From NCBI GenBank assembly GCA_026991575.1, contig JALXBF010000143.1:1-44987 (forward strand): a DNA stretch of 44,987 bases, in the 5' to 3' direction. The notes beneath the pieces were generated by a model. The model did no database searches. It saw nothing but the letters and a program-made list of their open reading frames with translations, and was not told the origin of the DNA. Origin of the DNA: Planctomycetota bacterium. GTDB taxonomy: Bacteria > Planctomycetota > Planctomycetia > JALXBF01. Positions 10,588 through 21,000 of the stretch are shown here, one piece after another. Made by a program: the position numbers and the translations under genes. How positions within the stretch are numbered: position 1 is the stretch's first letter; each line of letters opens with the position of its first letter.

Positions 10588-10644
10588 GCTGGTGTCTGCC
10601 GCGCGATATGAGTGTGTCAGACCGTCTCTGGACTCAGCGTATTC

Positions 10645-10660
10645 TTGGCTCGGTTCTTGC
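10645..10660 (+). promoter_or_regulatory. Candidate sigma54 -24/-12 promoter upstream of the DUF1559 pair
   Basis: TTGGCTCGGTTCTTGC, GG-N10-GC spacing; one mismatch from the motif at 36867-36883. Confidence 0.5.
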
Positions 10661-10935
10661 CGGCGAGCACCGCAGCGACGCAGCGCCTACGGACCGTGGG
10701 GGGGCCGTTCGTCGTACGCGCGCCTGACCCGCTGGTGCAGGCCTGGCCAACCGGGACAACCAGGTAGTCCGACTGTGCCGAGCGGTGGCCTTTCGGTGTA
10801 GGGTGGCACGCAGCGGCGGTAAGGCTTGACGTCGCCCCGGTGGAAAAGGCTGCAGTGGCAGCCGGCGTGCTTCCCTGCTAGAATGAGTCAGCGCAGGGGC
10901 ACGTCCGGAGGTTCGGACTACGGGGAGATGGGACC

Positions 10936-11751
10936 GTGCGGGACGATCGAGGCGTCCGAGGGTTCACTCTGGTCGAGTTGCTGGTTGTCATCGCCATCAT
11001 CGCGATTCTAATGGCCCTGCTGATGCCGGCAGTGCAGCGGACGCGTGAGGCAGCCCGGGCAAGTCGCTGTCGCAATCGGCTGCACCAGCTTGGCGTCGCG
11101 CTGGAAGCCTATCAGTCAGCCCACGGCGTCGTGCCATTCGGCTGGGCGTGTAACCAGTTCATGAGCGGCTGCAGCGCGGCTAGCGCGCCACCGGAGTCCT
11201 GGAGTGGCCTGGCCATGCTGCTGCCGCAACTGGACCGGGCCGACATCTTCGCGGCCGCTAATTTTGACTTGCCGGTCTACCACGTCGCGAACGCAACGGC
11301 GATCCGTAGCAACCTGGAAGTGCTACTCTGCCCCTCTCACGGCCGCCGGCCCGACCGCGTGCAGAAGCTGTTTCCGGGCGGCTCGGTCGTCCTCGGCCCC
11401 TCGGACTACCGCCTCAACCGCGGCGCGGACGACCCATTCTCGGGCGTGTTCTACGGGAACAGCTCCGTCGTGATTGACACCATTGAGGACGGTGCAGCGA
11501 AGACGATCCTTGCCGGAGAAGCGGCCGCAGCCGGCGGTGGTGGCTCGTGGTCACGCGGCGTCGACTGCTGCGCATCGGCCACCAGACCACCCCAGAAGGC
11601 CGGCGACGGCGTCTGGGGAAGCGAACACACTGCAGGAGCCCACTTCCTGTTCGGTGACGGTTCGGTGCGCCTTATCGGCTTCGATGTGGATCCGAGTTTG
11701 TTCAAGGCGCTGTCAACACGCGACGGTGGAGAACCAATCGAAGAGTTCTGA
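10936..11751 (+). CDS. DUF1559 prepilin-type N-terminal cleavage/methylation domain protein
   Basis: [41 protein letters not shown]9-DG motif ([15 protein letters not shown]). Confidence 0.95.
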   Translation: MRDDRGVRGFTLVELLVVIAIIAILMALLMPAVQRTREAARASRCRNRLHQLGVALEAYQSAHGVVPFGWACNQFMSGCSAASAPPESWSGLAMLLPQLDRADIFAAANFDLPVYHVANATAIRSNLEVLLCPSHGRRPDRVQKLFPGGSVVLGPSDYRLNRGADDPFSGVFYGNSSVVIDTIEDGAAKTILAGEAAAAGGGGSWSRGVDCCASATRPPQKAGDGVWGSEHTAGAHFLFGDGSVRLIGFDVDPSLFKALSTRDGGEPIEEF

Positions 11752-11773
11752 TCTGTCAGGGTGGGGGATCGCC

Positions 11774-12823
11774 ATGATACGCGTAGCCCATAAAGGTGCC
11801 CAACGCCTCGCGTTCACTCTCGTCGAGCTGCTGGTAGTAATCGCCGTCATATCGATCATTCTGGCGCTTGCCTTGCCCGCCTTGAACCGTGTCCGGGAGC
11901 AGAGTCGCCGGATGCGGTGCGTTGCTAACCTGCGCCAGATCGGGATCGCGTTGGCGCGGTACCACGATGTCCATCAATGTTTCCCGTGGGGAGCCGGCGT
12001 GGGCGACATGCTCGACGAGACGAAGCCGCGCCGGCGGTTCTCCGCTCACGCCATGCTGCTGCCTTTCCTCGGCTATCAGGAGGTCTTCAACGCAATTAAC
12101 TTCGAAGTTCCTCCCTTCCACCCCGATCCCTTCTGGAACGCCTCCCGCACGGCACTTGCCGGCCCGAATGCAACCGCAGCACTTGCCAAGATCGAGGTGT
12201 TCATCTGTCCCTCTGACACCGGTGTGCGCAAGATGGACGAACGTGGTCTGCATCCATGGGGCCATACGAACTACCGCTCCTGTCAGGGCAGCAATATGGA
12301 CATTTTCCGGGGTAACGGGTTGTTTGGCACCGCGTTTGTGCACTCCTATCGCGACATCATTGATGGCACCGCGCACACGGCGGCATTCGCGGAAAAGCTC
12401 GTCGGAGACGACAACCCCGAGCGGATCTCGCTCCTGCGCGACCTGTTCTTCAACGGTCAGGACCACGGCGATACGGACGGCCTGCGCCGCTGGTGCCGCA
12501 GCGTCGACCCGTTTACCGATCCGAACGTGCGGCACGATTCGGACACAGGCCAGAACTGGCTGGAAGCCAACATGAACTGGACGCGGTACAACCACGTGGA
12601 CACGCCTAACCAGAAGAGCTGCAAGAACCGGTGGCTGACATCGTTCGGAGCCATGATCACCGCCACCAGCGCACATACTCAGGGTGTAAACGTCCTCTTT
12701 GCAGACGGCCACGTGGCGTTTGTCTCCGACACGATCGACCTGAACATCTGGCGCGCCTTTGGCACGCACGGCGGCCAAGAAGGGATTCCGTCGGACGCGG
12801 ACCAGTACGTCCAACAGTTCTAA
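11774..12823 (+). CDS. DUF1559 prepilin-type protein (second copy)
   Basis: [47 protein letters not shown]; start ATG 11774 after GGGGG; the upstream part of the listed ORF overlaps the previous gene. Confidence 0.95.
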   Translation: MIRVAHKGAQRLAFTLVELLVVIAVISIILALALPALNRVREQSRRMRCVANLRQIGIALARYHDVHQCFPWGAGVGDMLDETKPRRRFSAHAMLLPFLGYQEVFNAINFEVPPFHPDPFWNASRTALAGPNATAALAKIEVFICPSDTGVRKMDERGLHPWGHTNYRSCQGSNMDIFRGNGLFGTAFVHSYRDIIDGTAHTAAFAEKLVGDDNPERISLLRDLFFNGQDHGDTDGLRRWCRSVDPFTDPNVRHDSDTGQNWLEANMNWTRYNHVDTPNQKSCKNRWLTSFGAMITATSAHTQGVNVLFADGHVAFVSDTIDLNIWRAFGTHGGQEGIPSDADQYVQQF

Positions 12824-12947
12824 CAGCAGCCGGCGTCTGCTCGGACGGTGCTGCGCAGCCGGCTTCCAGCGTTCAGAGTCCGACCTCGCGCGCCGGTTCG
12901 TGCCCGAGGGGTTGTGCGCTTAGCCTGCCCACCGAGACCGGGGCGGC

Positions 12948-14252
12948 CTAAGTGCCTGCGCAGGCCAACATGGCGTGCCGCAACGCTGCGTCGATCTGGT
13001 GGTCGCACCACGCGACGCTCGGCTCGTACCCCCCTTGCGCATACGCCTCCCGGGTGGGCACGTACCACGGGCCACCGTCACAGTAGCCCGCTATGGCCAC
13101 AGGCCGGTTCCACCACTGGTGCACCGCCCACAGCTGGTACTCAACAAACGGCTCCCCCGGCAACCAGAAGCAAAGATACTCGTTGAGGAAAAGACAGCAG
13201 ACCCGCAGGGGTTTCTTGGCGGCTAGCCGTGCAAGGAAGGCCAGCGCGAAGGCGGCCCGGTTACGCGTCGCAACGCGTGCCGAGCGTTCCGTTAGGGTCG
13301 TTAGCAGGCGATCCCGGTCCAAGTCGCGGCGTGCCTCAGGCAGCACGTACTGCACGCGCCAGTCGACCCGCTCCAGCGGCTCGCTGCGCAGCTTGGCCAC
13401 GGCCTCTTCCATCGCAGCCACCAGCGCCTGAGCCAACCGATGCCGGCAGTCTCGCTGCGCGCTGCTGATGAACTTCCCTGCGTTCACGTTGCCGGCACAC
13501 CCGGTCAGGTAGAGTACCGTGCCAGCCGGACCGATAGCCTGCTGCCTCCTTCGCCGCGCATCACCCACAAACTCATGGTTCACCACCCCCAGGCCGCTGA
13601 CACTGATCGGGTGCACGGCGAAAAACCAGAGCTCACAGAGCGGCTGGCGCCGATCGTCCAGCAGGGCAATGAGCCGAATCGTTTCGTCGACCAGGCCGAC
13701 CGGGAGCCTGCGCAAACTGTCGCTGGCCGGCGCCACGCTGCGCATGCGCACCAGCCTGCCGTCCAGGCCAACCAGCCGGCGGTTGGACGCAACCCCTACA
13801 ACGGCCGCCTCGGCCCATCCGATCGCTGCAACCGGTCGCGCCGACGCGAGCGATCCGCGGAGTGCCGCGGCCGCACCGGCTCGGACCCGCTCAAAGAAAT
13901 CCATCGCCACGATCGGCGGCAAGTCGCGGACACCAGCCACGAACCGTTGCGCGTCGGCACAGACAAACGGCGCGTCGTGTTGGTGAACGCAGTGCACGAC
14001 CACGCGCTCCGGAACCGTATGGGCTGCGTCGGCAAGCGCGCGACAGAAGCTCTGGTACGCGCCGTTACACAGCCCAGTCCAGTCAAGCGTGCAGATAACC
14101 ACAGGATCGGCAGGGCCGAACAGCACCAGGCCGCGTCCGGAAAGTGGTGATTCGATCCTTCGCGCCGGTGTAACCCAGCCACCGCACAGCGGATGCCCAA
14201 GCGGCGGCGTGGCATCGAAACGAAAGGTGGTCACAAGCCATCGGTCCATCAC
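12948..14252 (-). CDS. Neutral/alkaline ceramidase-like Zn amidohydrolase (planctomycete hypothetical family)
   Basis: D.TPP.G, HCVHQHDAP, NRR, FAVHP, GCAGNVN, LPGEPFVEY, Y.QGGYE motifs; GTGA overlap with upstream gene. Confidence 0.65.
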   Translation of the reverse strand: MMDRWLVTTFRFDATPPLGHPLCGGWVTPARRIESPLSGRGLVLFGPADPVVICTLDWTGLCNGAYQSFCRALADAAHTVPERVVVHCVHQHDAPFVCADAQRFVAGVRDLPPIVAMDFFERVRAGAAAALRGSLASARPVAAIGWAEAAVVGVASNRRLVGLDGRLVRMRSVAPASDSLRRLPVGLVDETIRLIALLDDRRQPLCELWFFAVHPISVSGLGVVNHEFVGDARRRRQQAIGPAGTVLYLTGCAGNVNAGKFISSAQRDCRHRLAQALVAAMEEAVAKLRSEPLERVDWRVQYVLPEARRDLDRDRLLTTLTERSARVATRNRAAFALAFLARLAAKKPLRVCCLFLNEYLCFWLPGEPFVEYQLWAVHQWWNRPVAIAGYCDGGPWYVPTREAYAQGGYEPSVAWCDHQIDAALRHAMLACAGT

Positions 14253-16024
14253 CGCTTCCTCTTCTCAGCTTGACCGTGTCCCTGTGAGCGACTTCTGTCC
14301 TGATGTCCCCCCTGATGGCCCGCCCCGGCACCGCCTGCTGGCTCTGTGTCCCGGTCCAGCCACACGGCCAGCGGCACAGCATACCCGAAATCGATCCCGC
14401 CGAAACCCGCCCGCAAGAAGTCCCGTTCACCATCGCGCAGAACGCTGTAGACGATGACAAACTCTTCGGTCTGCAAGTACCCGAGCGGCCGATCGACCCA
14501 GGGATCCGTAGGCACATACGGCAGGTATCGGGGAACAAGCTCTGCCAGATCGTCCGGAGCACTGCCTGTGTCCAGAAGATAGCGGCACAGTGCGATCGTG
14601 GTCTGCCACACAACGCGCCTCGTGCGCCATATGGCAAGCTCGTCGGCGTACCGTCGCGCGATGAGATTGCCGCCGTGGGCTGGATCGGTGGTGTTGGCAG
14701 TGGGCTGAGAGGGAGCTGCACGTTCCGCGGCAAGGGCCCAGCGCAACGCCTCGCGGTACGTACGCCGGCACGCCACCAGCTCACTACCAAACGCAGCCAC
14801 GCGCCACAACAGCGGGCGCCACTCCCGCACGCCCTCGCCTCGACGGTAGATCGATCCGCGGATCCATGGTATTGCGCCGACGGTGCTGCCCTCCGCAAGG
14901 GTGCAAAGCGCTAGCAGCGCCCGCGCGTATTCTCGCCGCATCGAGATGGCCAACAGCGACCGCACCCGTCGGGGTGCGGTCACTCGCTCCAGCCTTGCCA
15001 GGGCGCGGTGATCCAGCCGTTGGTGGGCTAGCAAGAACTGCAACGCGCTGCACAGACTGACGTCAATGTAGTCCGCAGACCTGACCGCCTCGAACTCGCC
15101 GCCAAAGTGCTGGTTCCGCAGGCGTGCCAGCAGTTCGATGTCCTTCAGAGCCGCGTCGATGTTGCCGTTGATGGCGTGGTAACAAGCACGGATGCAAACC
15201 AGCTCGACTGCCTGCAGAAACGGAATCGATGCGGTATCGCAATGCGGAATTGGCGATCGATCCTCCCAGATAACCCAGACGGCCAGCGGTTCTCGTGCAA
15301 TGTGCCCAAGCTGTTCCAGGTACGGCTCCTGCCGCTCGAGCGCTTCGCGAAGTGCTTCGTCCTGCAACGCGGTTCGCAGCTCCTCGGCCCTATCCTCCAG
15401 GACGGATCGCAGCGTGACATTCCACAACGCCGACTGAGCGCGATAAATCGCTTCTTCGCGCGCGAGCCCCTGTACCCACGGCCAGTGCCTCAGGAGTTCC
15501 TCGTACAGCTCTGCCGCGTTCTCAGTTTCCATCCACTCAGGCGGCCCCACCGCCACCAGATGGGCGAACGCTTCCGCACGTGCGTCCGCAACCTGCCCTG
15601 CCCTGAGCGCCAGCACTGCGTACCACGCTAGCACGTGTACCAGTAGTGCCGCTGCTGCGCACACGAGCAGCCGTGGCCAGCCCCAGGCGGCCAGAATGGT
15701 CCCCCCGCGCCACCAACCCAGAACAACGGCCACGACCACCGGAACCAGGTAAAGCAGAACCACGCCGAACGGCCAGGCAAAGCTAACTACATATCCCCCC
15801 TCCCCCGCATATGCGACAGCGAGATCAATCGTCGCCGGAAGCCAAACGGCAACCCCGCAAAAGCCCACTACAACAGCCGCCGTTAACGCCGACGCACGGG
15901 CAACGAGCCCCCTACCCAGGGCCCAGCGCACGATCAGCGTAACGATCGCCGCGACGGAAATCGCACCGGTTGCTGCCAATAGCAGTACGCTTACCACGAC
16001 ACGCCCCCACCGTACCGTTATCAA
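14249..16024 (-). CDS. Hypothetical membrane protein with pseudopilin (GspG-like) C-terminal segment
   Basis: Four N-terminal TM helices; C-terminal ALCRY..DTG..PDDLAELVPRYL..VPTDPW...L.Y....IVYSV; 4-bp overlaps on both sides. Confidence 0.55.
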   Translation of the reverse strand: MITVRWGRVVVSVLLLAATGAISVAAIVTLIVRWALGRGLVARASALTAAVVVGFCGVAVWLPATIDLAVAYAGEGGYVVSFAWPFGVVLLYLVPVVVAVVLGWWRGGTILAAWGWPRLLVCAAAALLVHVLAWYAVLALRAGQVADARAEAFAHLVAVGPPEWMETENAAELYEELLRHWPWVQGLAREEAIYRAQSALWNVTLRSVLEDRAEELRTALQDEALREALERQEPYLEQLGHIAREPLAVWVIWEDRSPIPHCDTASIPFLQAVELVCIRACYHAINGNIDAALKDIELLARLRNQHFGGEFEAVRSADYIDVSLCSALQFLLAHQRLDHRALARLERVTAPRRVRSLLAISMRREYARALLALCTLAEGSTVGAIPWIRGSIYRRGEGVREWRPLLWRVAAFGSELVACRRTYREALRWALAAERAAPSQPTANTTDPAHGGNLIARRYADELAIWRTRRVVWQTTIALCRYLLDTGSAPDDLAELVPRYLPYVPTDPWVDRPLGYLQTEEFVIVYSVLRDGERDFLRAGFGGIDFGYAVPLAVWLDRDTEPAGGAGAGHQGGHQDRSRSQGHGQAEKRKR

Positions 16025-17982
16025 GGTCGTGGTGCTGGCCCCTCAGCCCACCGGATAATCCCCTCCCGCTGTAGACGCCAAAGATGGCAGCATGCCAAGC
16101 AAGCAACCGCCACAATGATCGATGCAAACGCCACGTTCATCAAGCAGTAAACAGCCATGACCCCCAGGGACAACTCTTCGTACGTGGCCGTGCGGCCCGG
16201 AAACAACGGGAAAAACCACATCGCTTCGTCGACTCGCCAGAGCACGGCGATCGGCTCGTACAGCCCAATCCCGGCAAACAGGGTAAGTGATCCGACCCCC
16301 AACCAGCAGCGTTCTATTGGCCTGCGCCACAGAGCCGCCGCTGTAGCTGCACAAGCAACCGCCATCCCGCCCATGCCCCAGCGGCGAACAGCGTCGTCGC
16401 CGAAAAGTGCCAACGCCGTGATCACGCTCATGGCAACCACGGCCGGCAGGACGGCCCATCCAGCAGCGCGAACGGTCCGATACGTCATGTAGCCCGCGAC
16501 CATGCCTAGCGCGCCGGCAACGGCAAGATCACACACGACTTCCAGCAGAGCGAACCCGTACTCCGGTCCGTTGAGCTCCGTGGAGAGCAGCCACCAGCCC
16601 AAGCCACCGCCGGCCAGCACGCTGAGCCAGGGCAGCGCGACGCGCACACCGCACGCCAACTGGCTCGCCACCACAGCCCCGTCGGAAACGGGCGTCATCG
16701 CCAGTTGGTCGGTCATGCCCAGAGCTCGGTCCCTCGCCACGCCCGCAGCAGTTGCTAGTGCGACCGCAAACCAGACGCACCAGTTCGCCACGGCGATGGC
16801 CGTGACGCCAGCATGAGCGTCCACCCAGCCACCGGTCGCGCCCACTCCCAACAAGAAGGCCGCAGCCAGCGGCTCAACTGCATATGAGACCGCAGTGGTC
16901 AGCAGAAGCAGGGCCGCTTTCCCGAGCGCAGCCTCCCTCCGATCTGCCAGGATCGCGCACACGAACACAAACGTCATCCCCCAGACGATCATTCGCGTGA
17001 TCCAGTCCTGCTGGTCATACGGGTTCACCCGTGCGGCGCGCCAGCCAACCGGACCACGACCGAGTAGCCATCCCAGCAGTCGTTCCAGCGGCCGGCGCCA
17101 TCGCCAGCGACGCGGGACGATTTTGCGCCTAGCGAGCCATTGGCGGCCGCGCCCCCCCGCGCGCCCCACTTCGTGCCAGATGTACCGACCCGAATTCAAC
17201 ACCACGGTCGCGCGCCATAACAGCAACAGGCCAACGAGGAAATACGACATGAAGGCAATCGACAAGAGCAACGGTGGGATGGTTCGTACCAAATCGGCGT
17301 GAAGCTCAGGAACGCACACGGCAAAACACAACATCGCTGGCATGAGCAGACCGAACAGATCATCCCCAGCCCCACGTTGCAACTCAGGCCACACCGTTGA
17401 TGCAATCGCGTAGAGAAGCAGCGGCAGCGCCACGGTCCACAGCACGCCGTGGAAGACGCCGGCGAAAATCGCCGAGCCGCTGTGCCGCTGCCAGGTGGAC
17501 ACATACACCACCAATGCCGTATAGAACCATCCCTGAACAGCCAGTCCGATGTAAGCGCGCACCAGGGCTTCGGGACTGATGCCGCCCAGCAGCATAAGGA
17601 TCGATAGCACGCCAAACATGGCAATCATCGGCACAGCTGCCACGGCCAACCGGCCAAGTACTTTGGCCCAAATGATCGCCGCCGGGCGCACCGTCGTGAG
17701 CAGAAGAAGTGGCAGCGTGCCGCGCTCACGCTCCTCCGCTAATGCCGGCGCAGCCCAGAGTGCGACCACCAGGGCAACGGCGGCACTCGCCATCACGGTC
17801 GCCGCCGTGAAGCACTCTGTGGCGATCTTGGCCAGTTCGCCACCCTGGTCGAGTTCGCCGGCTCGGTACAGCCAGATCGGCAAGACGAGCAAGACGGGAA
17901 GCAGACGCGGCAGGTACAGGGACCGGTTTCGGCCTAGCTGAACGAGTTCGCGTTGCAGGATCAGCCACATGCCTGGCTCCAC
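16021..17982 (-). CDS. ABC-2 type transporter permease (internally duplicated)
   Basis: ILQREL, LAEERERGTLPLLLLTT...IIWAK and a second copy VARDRALGMTDQLAMTP; many TM helices. Confidence 0.8.
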   Translation of the reverse strand: MEPGMWLILQRELVQLGRNRSLYLPRLLPVLLVLPIWLYRAGELDQGGELAKIATECFTAATVMASAAVALVVALWAAPALAEERERGTLPLLLLTTVRPAAIIWAKVLGRLAVAAVPMIAMFGVLSILMLLGGISPEALVRAYIGLAVQGWFYTALVVYVSTWQRHSGSAIFAGVFHGVLWTVALPLLLYAIASTVWPELQRGAGDDLFGLLMPAMLCFAVCVPELHADLVRTIPPLLLSIAFMSYFLVGLLLLWRATVVLNSGRYIWHEVGRAGGRGRQWLARRKIVPRRWRWRRPLERLLGWLLGRGPVGWRAARVNPYDQQDWITRMIVWGMTFVFVCAILADRREAALGKAALLLLTTAVSYAVEPLAAAFLLGVGATGGWVDAHAGVTAIAVANWCVWFAVALATAAGVARDRALGMTDQLAMTPVSDGAVVASQLACGVRVALPWLSVLAGGGLGWWLLSTELNGPEYGFALLEVVCDLAVAGALGMVAGYMTYRTVRAAGWAVLPAVVAMSVITALALFGDDAVRRWGMGGMAVACAATAAALWRRPIERCWLGVGSLTLFAGIGLYEPIAVLWRVDEAMWFFPLFPGRTATYEELSLGVMAVYCLMNVAFASIIVAVACLACCHLWRLQREGIIRWAEGPAPRP

Positions 17983-18069
17983 CGACCCAGACCGCCGGCA
18001 GTTTGGCTGTGCCAGGGCAGGTCTCTGTGACCGTGATTCCCCGGCTTCTTGCGCGGCTCCCCCCCCTCG

Positions 18070-21000
18070 TTATTGCTTCGCGAGTTGGCCGCGTCGGATG
18101 CGCAGCTTCACCGGCGCGGCGCCATGCAGAGTATTCGCCCCCTCACGCCGCGCATACACCCCGAACCAACGCTCCTGCTCACCCACCCACGGCTCCGCGT
18201 ACACCCGGATCCACCGCTCCTGCTCGCGCTCCGTGATCAGAATACCGTTCAGGCCTACGTCCAGCACACGCACTCCATGCGGCAAACCAACAAGCTCAAT
18301 TGGCACGCGACCCTTGAAGCCTCCGCGCCTCCGGATGGAAACTTTCAGCCGCGCCGTTGCTCCCGGCGCCAGCAGCAGCTCCTGCCGATCCACCGACGTG
18401 ACAATATCACCGGGAGGCTGCACTCGAATCTGGCCCAACGACAGCCGCTGCGTGACCGCCTTGCCGTCAATCACCGCCCGGGCCACAACCTGGACGTCGC
18501 CACTGCCCTGTGGCCCAGGCTTCAACTCGGCCCCGGCATACAGGGGCACCGACGCGTCGAACGTCTCTGCCTCCACAACCGTCCCGGGCAATACGCACCC
18601 TTTTGGAACCCGTTCAAAGGTGACGGTCACGGGACCGGCAAACTGGTCCAACCGCTCGCAGCTGATCCTGATCGGCACCGCGCCACCCTGCCAAACGGAC
18701 GGCGATCGCGGCGAAACGCTGATACGGAACCCAGGTTCGGGAGGTCGGACTGTGAGCCGGTAGCCGTAACCGACGCCGCCGGCACCGCGAGCGTCGCGGA
18801 TGGCCACCACGTACGTGCCATCAGCTGGCGCGGTGAAGTAGACCCGGGAATCGCGCTCATAGCGGGGGGCAGCATCGTCGTTGCGGTAGTACAGGCGGAA
18901 TTGAGGCATTCCGTTCGGCGTTAGTTTGGTGCCTGGCGGATGAACGGACACCTTGTAGACAACCGTTCCCACTGGCTTATAGGACGGCGTCGTGTCGAAG
19001 TACGTCAACCGGCGACCACCAAACGAAAAGAAGAGCACGTCGTCGTCGGGGTTGCGTGGCAGCCTCTTGATCCGCACGACCTCGCCGTCGGCGTAAAGGT
19101 AGTCGTTCGTTGCCAGCTCGGCCCACGCTTCGATCCGGAACCCCGTCTGGCGTGCGTCGCGGACGTTCAGGGTCGTATATGTCTGGGCCTCACAGCGCAG
19201 CACGGCCCGCTCAATCGGCCGCAGATCTTGATCGAGAACTTCGATGAACGAGTCCAGCCGCGAGCCGAGGTCCGCCGCGCGCAGCTCGACCACAAGTTGC
19301 TCGCCGGCCCGGGCCTGAAACGCGACGTAGTCCACGTCTCCAGGGCGGTCAATGCGACCGTCGACTGTGCCCGGAATCTGCTTGAGCCTCAGCCAGCCCG
19401 CCGGCTCCTGCGTACTGTCGCGCTCTTCCACGACAGCAGGGAAACGTCCCAGAAAGACACGGACCGGATTCAGCGGCGACGGATCGAGCCTCAGCGTGCG
19501 CCACTTGCCCACCTCCTCCGCTGCGGCAGCAATTTGAACCCGCCGCTCCGGCATCCCCAGGTTAACCCCTCGCACCACCACCGTACGCGACTTGCCGTCC
19601 GCCGGGATGCCTAACGGGAAAACCTCCGTCACGACGGGCAACTTGCCCATCGTGATCACGTACCAGGCGTTGCCGGCGCCACGGAACTGGGCGTCGCGCA
19701 CCTCGACCGTGTAGCGACCGGCACGCTCCGCACGCCAGCCGGCGAGCCCATCGTAGGAGCTGGCGACCACGCGCCCGTCCGGATCATGTACGAGCACGAT
19801 CGGCTCCAGCTGGCGTGCGCCCGGCTCGTTGCGTATGACCACCCCGATTTCATCCCCTGCCGCCAGTTCGATCGCGTAGAAATCGATCGCCCCGGCGGCC
19901 TCCAGCCTTCCGCGCACGGATCGCCCGGCCGGCACGCGTTGCGCAGCGGCGCGACGGTTGTTCGGCTCAACCTCTGCAACCAGCGGGTATTCAACGACGA
20001 GCAGATCAGTGGCTGCCTGACCCCCTCGGCCTTTCAGCACAAGCCGATACACGCCACCACGCACATCAGAGGGCAGCTTGACCGAGAGCACCAGTTCGCC
20101 AGCCCCCCGCTCGGTCAGCTTCAGCACCGCCGCCGCAATGCCCTGAAGCTCGGCCCGTTCGATCCAGCGCAGCTGCTTGCCCTTCACCGTCACACGCACC
20201 GTGGCACCGGCGGCAGCCACGGCCGGCTCTACGGCGGTGATCTGCGGAGCGGGTGGCTTCGGCAGCGGACCAGTAAGCCAGCGTGCCGCCGGCAAAGCCG
20301 ACACGCCAGTCGCCCCCCGGGCCGGCACCACTTTGAGAAGTCCGTTGAACAGCCCGACAAACACTGTCCCGTTCACCGGGTCGATTGCCAACGTATGCGG
20401 CTGGTCCTCAAGCCCCGACAGCGTCCGTTCCTCAGTGAGCGTCGCCGCTTGCCACCACTTCAGCGTGCCATCTTCCGCGATGGACACCAGCCGGGAACCG
20501 TCGGCCGAAAACCTCAGCTGGACCACCGGCCCTTCATGGGCAAACGTGCTGCGGAGTAGTCGGCCACCGGCCTCGCTGACCTCCCAGATACGAATGCTGC
20601 GGTCCACGCCTGCAGCCGCGACCCAGTTCCGCTTCGGATGCCACGCTACTGTGTACAACCAGTCGGTGGACTCGGTCAGCGAATAGAGCCGTTTGCGGCT
20701 GGCCACATGCCAGATCTTCACGGTTCGGTCCGCCGCGGCCGTGGCCAGGTAGGCGCCGTCAGGACTCCAGGCCAGGCCGTAGACCGCATCGCTGTGGTCC
20801 TTCAGGTCGGCCAGCTTCTTGCCGACCGCTACGTCCCACAGGCGCACGAGCTTGTCGTAGCTAGCCGACGCCAGCACCTCCGGTCGGCGTGGGTGAAACG
20901 CCAGGTCATAGACCGTATCAACGTGGGCCTCCAGAATCCGAGCCGGCCGGAGGGGTTCGTACAACGGATGGGTTGGCAACCGATAGATCGCGACCTTTGC

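Noticed and set aside
10804..10817. TGGCACGCAGCGGC as a sigma54 promoter
   Set aside because: GG-GC spacing is 9 rather than 10 and there is no TTGC
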